This document shows positions 50,746 through 60,539 of a stretch of DNA of 60,539 nt, in pieces. The DNA comes from Convolutriloba macropyga (lineage: Eukaryota): contig NC_134472.1 in NCBI RefSeq assembly GCF_964194025.1, positions 73,473,462 through 73,534,000 on the forward strand. Direction: 5' to 3'. The translations under genes and the position numbers were made by a program. Every line of letters begins with the position of its first letter. Positions within the stretch are counted from its first letter, which is position 1. The notes under the pieces were generated by a model. The model was not told the origin of the DNA. It was given only the letters and a program-made list of their open reading frames with translations, and ran no database searches.

Positions 50746-51866
50746 TTTCTTTTTTCGCTCTCCAATTTTTTAGGCCCCCAGTTACAAATTATATGTTGTT
50801 ATATAACACGTTACTATGTAAAAAATGGCACGTTTTCCTGAGAGGGGGTAAAAATATAAGCCCATTAGAATAGATCCCAAAGTTACGAGTTCTAGGTATG
50901 ATTGCCAATGAACCGCAAATTGTGATTCTTCCAGCAGTGTGTGAAATCGATGATAGACACACAAAAATTGAACTTCAACCCCAACTTTGCTTAATGGAAT
51001 ATTTTAGTACTTACTTTTTTTCATGAAACGGCCACCTTTGCAACAATCTGCATAAGTGTCAGCTGGCCTTTCCATGATTTAAGTTGAATGAAAATTCAAT
51101 ATTTTGTCCGCTCATTTATCTCATCAGATTGTTTTACTGAGCTATTCACTTTTGAAGAACACATCACGGCTCAAGATTCTGAACCAGATATGTCTGATTG
51201 TTCAAAACTTTCCAATTTGGTCTTCAACCAGAGTTTTGATTGTAGCTGAAAAAATTCAGCTTTTGGAGCCCATAATTCATTGTTTATTGAATGATTCACA
51301 ATTACTGATCAAAGTTTGGATATGATTGGTTTGAAAAATTTCAATACTGAAAAAATTTGTTGTTTAATTTCCAACTTTCATTTTTGACTAGAGCCCAGAT
51401 GTAACCTTCAATTTTAAATAAATAATTCCAGATAGCCAATTTGATCTTATATATTTCTGTGATACATATGGATACCTAAATATATATCGAAACCTTTATG
51501 TGTACTAAATTATTTACCCTCTATATCTATAATTATATCATGTGTTTTATAAACTAAAAGTTATGACTTCTATTTATTCACCTATATTAATATTCCCGTT
51601 AGTCTACTAAATTATTTCATATTTTGTTCATATCAGTTTATTATTAGTAATCATAATCTCAGTTAGTCAATCTGAATTCAAGTTACTCTGCGAACGCTCT
51701 TCATAATCCTAAGTTAATCTTAGCAGTGGATCCGCGTCGCGTTTCCAATAAACATAATTCACGATACACTATTAGTTGTGTATTTGGCCAGCACTTGCTA
51801 CTCAATTCTTAAGACAAAGCATTCGCACCGCGAATCCTAAACTGTTCAGTAATAAAAGATATAACA
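50746..51866 (+). repeat. 1121-bp direct repeat, copy 2 (duplicated host flank + 3' LTR)
   Basis: As for copy 1. I spotted only two substitutions by eye, both near the LTR 3' end. Confidence 0.95.
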
Positions 51867-51983
51867 ATTTCAAAGAAGGCATTTAAAAAATTATAAAACT
51901 GTTACCCGTTGAAATAGTATCTTCATGAGTATCTTCATAGTATCCTAGGTAAAAGCAACTTTCATAAAGATTATTTCGATTAT

Positions 51984-52492
51984 GCAGCCCAGCCGATTGG
52001 TCAGCGCTGAAAACGCAAAAGTATGTAAGATTGGCAGTGGATGCGTAGTTATGTAAGATCTACTTTACACGCGTTGAAAATAAAACTTAAAACCACGGCT
52101 TTAAGCGTTGATTTGACATAGTTATCTTGTTTCTAAGCGTAGATTTTAGATAAATTTGGTCTTTGTAAGCGTAGACCTAACGTAGTTTGGGTTTTTTTTC
52201 AAACCGTAGATCTTACAAAATTTTGGTTTCTATAAGCGTACATTTTACATATATTTGAAATTGGATAAACATAAACGTAGATTTTACAAAATATGGGCGT
52301 TTCTCAAGGAAGAAGTTGCATAAATTTTTGTGTTTCCAAGCTTAGGCATTGCAAATATTTGGCGTCTCTAAGCGTAGTTCTTAAAAATTTTTGGCGTTAT
52401 CAAGGGGGATCTTCATAGCGTCATTTTCAGCGTTGATCTTACGCCGCTGTTCATTACAACACTTTAAAACGTTTTCTGATTGGCCTGAGTTG
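51984..52492. repeat. Degenerate ~35-bp repeats (aagcgtagatcttaca-like), probable DNA-transposon relic
   Basis: The motif recurs about ten times between 52100 and 52445, with an inverted copy (tgtaagatctac) near 52052. Confidence 0.5.
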
Positions 52493-53066
52493 TGCACTAA
52501 GTTATGAGGGCAAGAGCGCGAGAAAGTAAGAATGAGAAACAAGAAGTCTCCTTCCTACAACGGAAAATCTACGCAAGCTTTTTAGAGTTTTCCGCCTCCA
52601 TCTGCAGTTGTGATAAAATAATTCTATATAGTGATAACTATAGCTCAAAATAATTGCTTAAATTCTGTTTAGTCAAAATGGCACAGTTGCTACTGCCTTA
52701 TTTGGAAATAGAGTTGACCTTGGAAAAAGGGGTATACTTCAAGTGTAAGCTAAGACATGTTACAAAAGCTCATAACTTCAAGTATCTTTAGTTTTAACGC
52801 AATGTACTTTCAGTTAGATTTTTTTGAGAAAATTTGTTTCCTTCGGTGGTTTCGAAGTTTCTCTGTTAATGTCTGAGGACAAAAACTGGTAAAATTATCT
52901 GAAGTCCCCACTCATTGGGTGACATTTAAACACAGAAGGGCTCCCCTCTCATGAAGTGAGTCCAATATCACTTGAGTTTAGTGAGTTCTTGAACCGGATT
53001 TTCTTGACCCTCTGATTGGGCATAGCGGCACAATTGGATGCGACAGTCCCCATCAATTCTAGCTCA

Positions 53067-55284
53067 TTATCGCGAATCTCTTGCAATCTGCATTGTAGCT
53101 GAGCCACGCATGGCCCTTATTGATACCGCTTGAGCGAGGCGGCTTAAGGCTACTGATAGTCCTGAGGGCTGGAAACCTCTGTAATCAGATAAAAGAGCTA
53201 TTCTTTTCAATGCTTTCCTTGTTGTTTCGGATAGTCCGCCGAAAGTTTCTAACGCCAAAGGTATGAAGTGGATGCCCATATCGCTGCACTTCTGGTAATA
53301 ATGCCCAATCTTTCTGTCTTCTGTTAGGGTTAGATCAAAACCACTTGTCCTCGCCGCATCTGAGATAAGACTGGCTTGCAGTGGGGAAGTAATGGTGACG
53401 TCCAAGGCTGCGGGTTGTCCTGCTATAAAACAGGGCAAATACACGTCGCTTGGCCTTGAATTATTTTTCGGCAGAAGATAAAGGCTCACATAAAGGGGAA
53501 ATATTTCCCCTTTATGCTTACATAAAGGGGAAATATTGGCCGAAGAACATGCTGTCATTATTGTGTCTCATACTCTGCGATGACGAGAGATAATATCGCC
53601 ACGCCCGTGAACAGGGCAAATACACGTCGCCTGGTCTTGAATTATTTTTCGGCAGAAGATAAAGGCTCACATAAAGGGGAAATATTTCCCCTTTATGCTA
53701 ACATAAAGGGGAAATATTGGCCGACGAACATGCTGCCATTATTGTGTCTCGTACTCTGCAATGACGAGAGATAATATCGCCACGCCCGTGACATGAAACG
53801 GCATGATCTCCAAATATGTCCAAAATAGCTGACTTATATTATGGACATCTCCTATCCGAATCATAGAGTGGAACTCCTTAACGGTATTTCAGAGCAGCTC
53901 GGAACTCGTTAGGTTGAAGGTGTAGGCCAAGAGCAGGGATAGGTGCTGCCGTCAACCAAGCTCTTGAATGAGGTAGCGAAAGAGAAAACAGTCTAGTTTT
54001 TTCTCTGGTGGAGTATTGACATTCAAGAAGGTTGCTTAGAGCCGTGTTGTCAAATTGCTCTTGAATTTTCTGTTGCGTCAAATGAAGAATCCCCAAAGCG
54101 CTAAACTCCTCCACTAGGTCTGTGAAACTAATTTCGTGAGTTGGGTTCACACCAGTAATTTTTTCTACTATGTTTGCTGACTAGGATAAGGAACCAACAT
54201 AGGCTGCTTTGAATTGGTTCAGAGAACGTCGAACTCCAGCTCCCGTTTTGCTTATTGGCAGGCATGCTTGGTCCCATGAATTATCGCTGATTACAGAACC
54301 CAATATATTTTCAAAAGTTTGTTCGTTGGAGATGGTCAAATTTTTCAAATATTATGTTACTCTCAGTGGACGGTGTGTTGCATCTCAACGAATACACCAC
54401 TTTTGGTGCACCCAGACATCTATGCAAAATTCCAAGAGCACACTGAGGGTCCTCTATATAGCCTAGATTGACTAACACCTCGAGTTTTTTAACCCACTTT
54501 TCTAAACAAGACGCAACAAAAGTGGGTGTTCAGATTGCTGCGCCCAAGATTTCGATTCCGGATTGACTGTCTCTTTTTATCCTGCTATCAACAGCATTAA
54601 AATACGAGGTGGACCACAACCTCGCACTTGTCTCTTCTGAGTTCAAGGCTACATTTGTTGCCATGAGTTGCTTAAATTTCTAATGATTCACATAGCTCCT
54701 CTTCCGTACATGCTTTAATTCCATCATCAAGGTACCAAGAGTTCTGCATAAGATTTGGTAACCTATCGTCGAGTTCTTTGATAATGGGCCAAAGTCCTAA
54801 AGAAATTAGTAGGGGCCCCAGTGAGACTCCTTGTTGGACTCCTGATTCACTTTGAAATTGATTTGCATTAAAAAAAGAGTTTGCTATGCTGAGAATAGCA
54901 AAAAGAAGCAAAAGGGGCTAAAGAGGGAATGAATTTTCGCGCTGCATCTAACACACTGCTTCTTGTAATGGAATTGAGATTATTTTTGAAGTCGATTTGA
55001 AGTAGGCCCGCTTTTTCGTTGTTCAATAACTTTTGAAAGGTTTGTTTTGTTGCATGTACAATGCTTTCAGCACCGCATTTAGCTGTCACACCAAGTTGTC
55101 TGGATGAAAAAAGTTCAAAAACTTCAGAACTGGCCTCTTGCGCAATACATTTGGCTATGAGACGTCGAAAAACTTCTCCCACAGCGATTGGCCGTACACC
55201 TCTTTTTGTCTTTTTCAGCGCTGTAAGCGAAGCAGAGCAAAAGGTTGGTGCAACAAAACTGGGGAGCTGCCCTCTGCTAGCCAA
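53067..55284 (-). pseudogene. Decayed, 5'-truncated CRE-like non-LTR retrotransposon (RT + restriction-like endonuclease)
   Basis: GVRPIAVGEVFRRLIAKC, QLGV..GAESIVHA, LQIDFKN, GVQQG..LGPLL, WYLDDG (RT); AWLTAAPIPALGLHL..EFRAALKYR; RPSDVY..ALDVTITSP..FIPLALETFG (PD-(D/E)xK-type endonuclease). Many frameshifts and stops. Confidence 0.88.
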
Positions 55285-56344
55285 AATCCTGTATTGGGTA
55301 CTCTGTATTGGGTACGGTTGAGTTGGTGAACAGGGGCCTAATTAAAACTTTGTTCTTGTGGTATTGGGTTTTGCGACCCAATATTTATAATGCTTAATCC
55401 CATGAAGTTGTTTTTTACTGTTTCTTTGTTTTTGGCGTTATGGTGGTTGAGAATGCAGTTTTTGCTATAATGAACTAGAAACAATTGGGGGCCGCGTTGA
55501 TGTACTTTTGTTGGACTTGCCGGAATCGGTGAGTCGTGGCGAAGAACGCAATTCAGTGCTTTAAAGTGTTGCTTTTCTTGAGGGTGCCTGTAGCCGTTTG
55601 GGTTTGCTCATTAGTGGTATGTAAATGTACTGCGGTGCGGTTGGCTTTTGTTTACTACTTCGATTTTGCGGTGCACCTGTTTTCAATATACTCGCCATAT
55701 TTGCTAATCGAAATCGAAGAAAACGGGATATATTAGAATGTAATGATAAAACGCAGATCGTTTTATCTGTTAGTATCTTGTGTTTTTGACTTTCTTTACT
55801 CCTTCATTTTTCTTTCGATAATTTTAACATTTGGGATACCGAGGTGTAAAACAAAGTTTTGAGCTGAACTTTAAATCTTTTTCAGCTTTTATGTTAAACT
55901 TAGCCATACCCGTGTTTCTAATTCTAGACTCTAATCTACAACCGTTTCAGGATTATGCAGAGCTTTTGGTTTTCTTATTGAGGTAGGCAAGTTTCTGGGT
56001 TCCAGATGACTTCTGACTCGACCTGCAGGCCGATTTGTTTCCGTCTTGTTGCGTCTTAGGTTGCTCGATTTATCTTTTCTTCGAGTCCAACTTCGCTTTC
56101 ATTTTTCTTGTCCAGGTCATCTTTTGAAATTAACTGATTTCTCGACCTTCAGTATATTTCTCGACCTTCATTAAATTAGATTGTGCCGCGGAAATCTGTC
56201 TGTGTTTCTTTTTAAGTCATTTTAGAGAATTTTGTCGGTTGCATTTTGAAGCAAAAGTAAAAGGTTAAATTTTTTTTATTTTCCTATTTGATACAACAGC
56301 TGCTTTTCGAGGAGCTGAATAGAATATCCCGTACCTAAGGTTCA

Positions 56345-56580
56345 GTGTCAATCAGTACTGATTCAGAACGATTTCAGAGAAATTTCCTGATTTAGGACTG
56401 ATTCAGAAGGATTTCAGAACCAACTGAGAAGTGATTTCTGAATTTTTCTGAATCAGACCATTATTCATAGAAAATATTCAGTATTCTTCTGAATCAGAAG
56501 ATAATTCAGAATGAATCACTGATTTAGCTCTGAATCAGACAAATTCAGTGCAAAATGTGACCTGAATTAGACTCTGAATA
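56345..56580. repeat. Cluster of direct and inverted ctgattcaga/tctgaatcag motifs, probable DNA-transposon relic
   Basis: The motif occurs repeatedly in both orientations. Confidence 0.5.
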
Positions 56581-57056
56581 ACTGCTCATTTATGGCGATG
56601 AGGTGTGGATGGCTAAACCAGTCGTTCCACATTTACCTGGTTGTATACTATGCATTGCATCAATGTGGGCGTCTTGGACGATAGTTGATGATGTTTATCA
56701 AGTTCAGTATTAAAGTGTTTTTTCTTGGTTGAATTGGAAAATCGATTCTCTTCCTTATCGTTAGGAAATGATTTTCCTCATTTTTTTCAGTAGAGATTAG
56801 TTTTGTAAGTTTTTACAAGAGATGTTCACACAAATGACAATTATGGGACAATTTTTTGATGAATTTCCCGATATAAAGAACGGAATCGAAAAATTTTGTT
56901 TTCACCCTGATTGATGAATTTCTTGTTTGTTTTGTGGTTGTTTTATTTATGAGTGTTTGTATTTTTGTTGATGTGATATGGTGGCCGATCCATTCAATTT
57001 TTTTGCAGAATTTCTGTTTCCCAAATTGATTTGCCAATTTTCCTCATCTAATTTTC

Positions 57057-57236
57057 GGATCTATTCTGTTCCCCCCCCCCCCAGTGTTTTTTATGACCCC
57101 CAGTTACATATTATATGTTATTATATAGCATGTTACTATGTAAGAAAATAGCAAGTGCGCCTGGGGGTCATAAAAAGATTAAAAGATTATGCTCACTAAG
57201 CTGGGGGGGGGGGGGGGGGCAAAACAGAATAGATCC
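57057..57236. mobile_element. MITE, GGATC-terminus family, 8-bp TSD taattttc, nested in the Gypsy relic
   Basis: taattttc at 57049-57056 and 57237-57244; TIRs ggatctattctgtt / aacagaatagatcc. Confidence 0.93.
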
Positions 57237-58681
57237 TAATTTTCTTAGATAATTTCCAATCAAAGGTACATAAACCTCAATTTTTTGGCTATCAGGATAT
57301 TGTATAAGAAGCAGTAAAGGTTTTCAAGTCCCCTTATAGCATAATCCACACCCTTTTGGAACTCAGCCAGTTTGTCCCTCCTCCCACAAAAATTCGTTTT
57401 GTACCCACAATTTCCCGTCTAATTCCCGCAAACCATGATAAAACTACAAAGAATTGCTTTTCCTGATTACAAATTCAGTTGGTTGTAAGTTCTTTGCAAA
57501 TGGACTGTCGTAAAAAGATGCTCTCTTAAGGGGCCGTTGAGTTCAAATTTCGTGAATTCAATTGAATGAATGATTCGGTGATTCGCAACAGACGTTTATT
57601 TTTGTGGGTGGGCCTATTTAAGACCTTCAAATCCAATTTTAACTTATTTTCTTTTTCCTTAATAAGTATAATAGCAATTGAGGAAACAAAATTTTGGTCA
57701 GAGCAGGCTAATAGGTTTTCTAATTGACTATCCATTAACAATCTCTCGTAGTATATACGTTTCTGCATTACGCGCCCTTGGACCCTGTTCTTGATAACTT
57801 CGACGAAATTTTAATTTTACAGTTATTTTTTTATGTCCTGTTTCGGCTTAATCAAGATAGATTTTTTTGCTATTTGTTCAATGATGGGCAACATTTAGCA
57901 ATGCAATCAGCGTCCATTTTTGTTACTAGTTTTCGGTTTTTATGAAAGCCTAGAATTTCAAACAGATTTCTTCCAGCAAGTGATTTCAAGCCGTCCCCTG
58001 ATACTGTAAAATTTGCGTGATTTATTTCCCTATTATTGTTTTTATCGGTGTTCTGACAGCTCTCAGATTTCAACAAATCGGTATCATTTCGTGTGGTGCT
58101 CTTTGTGGCCTATATCACTACTGATCATTTACATTGAACTTTTTTTCGGTAGAGAAGCAACTCATCCCAAATCTAATACTGATGAAACTTTCCCATTGCC
58201 TATATTCAGAAACACTTTTTGAGGTAGAATGTCTTTACTTGATCTGTTTGATATCGTTGCCGTTTAACTACGTTCTTGACTAGCGATAGTTAGTTTTGTA
58301 TTGTATTTTTCTATGTCATTAATCGCTGATTCATTTTACAGCTGTGTACGGTCAATTTCATTGACAATTTTATTTCCAGTAAAATTCCACTAAGTACAAA
58401 ATTTCCAGTAAGTATTTTTTTAATTAATGTTCCTGCGTTATACCATGTCAAATTAGATAAGTATTTCGCAAAAGTTATAATTTCCACTGGCTGTTTGTGA
58501 TTGGCTGACCTTTTTTGACATCCACATTTTCTACTTTGTGCAATTGTCTTGCGATTGCTATTTCTCATTGTCTCGACTGGTTTCTAGGTTATTTGAATCC
58601 GCATAATCGTCAATTATTTTGGACTGCATTTACACTGGTTGACTTGATCAATGAAATTCATTGTTGGTTTTGCTAGTTTTA

Positions 58682-58869
58682 ATATTCACCTTTTCCATAT
58701 TCACCCTTTCCATATTCACCCTTTCTATATTCACCCTATCCATATTCACCCTTTCTATATTCACCCTATCCATATTCACCCTTTCTATATTCACCCTATC
58801 CATATTCACCCTTTTATATTCACCCTATCCATATTCACCCTTTCTATATTCACCCTTTCCATATTCACT
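58682..58869. repeat. 15-bp minisatellite (catattcaccctttc-like), ~12 copies
   Basis: Read directly; produces the IFTLS/HIHPF periodic pseudo-ORFs. Confidence 0.95.
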
Positions 58870-60539
58870 GTATCTAAACCGTGTTGCAATTCTAAAGTAT
58901 CTCTAAGCCGTTTTCTTTAGGTGTCACTATCCGGCACGATCCAGCAATATCTTGCTATATATCTTCTTGAAAAATTTCCAATCGTATTTTTGCTTTTCTA
59001 TGTTTTGTGGTCGTAAGAATCTTTGACGGTTTACTACAATTGTTTTGTTGATAAGTCGTTGATTACATCATGGATTTTTTTGATTTAGATTTGGCGTTCC
59101 TTCATTTACAGTGAGATAACAAAGTGAAACTCAATTCCGTCGAACTCTGACATTTCAACTCTCAATGGAAGTTTAGCTCAGCTTTTTTGTTTATCTGTCT
59201 CTTTAAGAAATTTTTGTAGTGTTGCCTCTCGGATTTATTCTACTACGAGTATCGGGTTTCAGTGCGATTCATAATGTGTTTGGTCGGTCTTTCAACATTT
59301 TATCAGAAAAAGCTTTCTCTTGAAAGGAATGCTAATTTTAGTTTTGTCTTCCCCTTCTCCCCTCTTGATGGTGGTTCTGTAGTAGGACGCTCCAAAAATG
59401 GTTCAAGAAATATTGGAATTTAGGCAAACTGATGAACGAGGGCTGCGCCATTAACGGCATTTTGATAAACAAATTACTTCAGGCATGCAGCGAAATCAAA
59501 ATATTATTGTTTCGGTTGATTCGCGGTTGGAGTCAGTTGATTTGAGTTTCAATTGATATACAGGATTCGCAAAGCGGACTTAGTCAAATAGATATCGCAA
59601 CTTTAACTTGATTTGTAACGTAAAAGATTGAAACTAAAACACAATCCGATCACAAACATATCACACATAAAGATTGAACAAGTATGTAAACATTTCTACT
59701 GCACTTGATCATGGGGAAACTCAAGACAATTTTGTACCTATGTCTTGAAGGGCGAATTGTCTTTATTCTAATTCCACTTTTTTAATTCCATTCTCGAGGC
59801 TTTAAAGTTAAGAATAGACATGAACAGGTATTGGGCCACAACTATAGCACCAGGCAATATGAACATGCTTTTCAAATTACAACTTATAATGTTGAAATTG
59901 CAAAAGCGTTCCACATAAGATTTAAAAAAACAAAAAGAAAGTTAAATTGGCTACAGTCTTATTGCAAACCAATTGATGCGAAATATGCGATCTCGTGCGG
60001 CCCGTTTGAATTTAGTTTTAGTTAGAACATTTCTATCAGTGAGTAAAAATTCGGCCTTTGATACGCATTTTTGTATTTTTGTAAATGGATTTAATAGGAG
60101 CTTCAGAATCACATCTAATTTGACTGACACCTGTGCGTTGATTTTTCACCGTTTCATAATTTGTTGAGAAAAATTTTGATTAGAACAGGCTGGGAATTTT
60201 GCCAAATAGCCCTACTACAGAAAAATCTTCAAATTCCATTTTTATATTTGATTCGAGATAAATCAGAACTGTCCGCCGTTGTACTCTGTAGGTCCTTTGC
60301 AATTTTCACTCTACCGCATGATTTTTCCTTTTTTCCAATTCGCTAATCAACTCTGCCGATTCATTGGTTTGCGGCAATGTAGAAGCTACTTGAATTGTCG
60401 GAAATCACTGTTGCCTATGCCTTTTAATAGATCTACAAAAAATTGAACTTAGTCCGACAGCTAAAACTGCCATACTTGAATTCGAAGGCTTCTTAAAACT
60501 TTTTAGTTAAAAATATCGTTATTTGGTGCGGCTTTCTTT

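Larger units (their letters stand above)
45287..51866 (+). mobile_element. Gypsy/Ty3 (Mag-like) LTR retrotransposon, defective
   Basis: 409-bp LTRs TGTGATAC...ATAACA at 45287-45695 and 51458-51866; 5-bp TSD atttc (45282-45286, 51867-51871); PBS at 45696; domain order gag-PR-RT-RNase H-integrase. Confidence 0.95.
56760..59420 (-). pseudogene. Old Gypsy relic related to the 45-52 kb element
   Basis: Fragments IEWIGHHI, LENLLACSDQNFVSSI..LDLKVLNRPTHKNK and DGLKSLAGRNLFEILG align by eye with INWLGFTF, IEKLQECSDKNFIFPI..LDSKILNKAIHKNK and DGHRSLLGRDLFPALG in ORF 46591..48222. Boundaries approximate. Confidence 0.75.

Noticed and set aside
58651-58920. His-rich and IFTLS-repeat ORFs
   Set aside because: Translation of the 15-bp minisatellite.

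Overview
AT-rich, intron-containing, repeat-dominated eukaryotic DNA, probably an invertebrate animal (inference), with assembly gaps at 14881-15101 and 34087-34228. The main result is a co-oriented minus-strand gene cassette at about 7.9-14.8 kb that looks like the cargo of a large CMC/EnSpm(CACTA)-type DNA transposon. It holds (i) one uninterrupted reading frame fusing a SUV4-20/KMT5B-like H4K20 methyltransferase SET domain to an EnSpm-type DDE transposase, (ii) two paralogous spliced BEN-like genes, reconstructed here by hand, one almost invisible in the ORF track, and (iii) an SGNH/GDSL hydrolase exon with all catalytic blocks. The cassette sits between a T-poor, palindrome-rich ~850-bp higher-order tandem array (0.1-7.5 kb) on the left and a CCC..GGG TIR element with 75-bp repeats plus a ~901-bp tandem array on the right. 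The rest of the window holds a Helentron/DINE-1-like element and a diverged second copy, a PAN/apple + C-type lectin ORF, a GGATC-terminus MITE family with 8-bp TSDs, a defective Mag-like Gypsy element (409-bp LTRs, ATTTC TSD, tRNA-Ser-type PBS, integrase core deleted, host flank duplicated before the 3' LTR), a decayed CRE-like non-LTR element and an older Gypsy relic. All family assignments come from motif recognition by eye. No database search was run.
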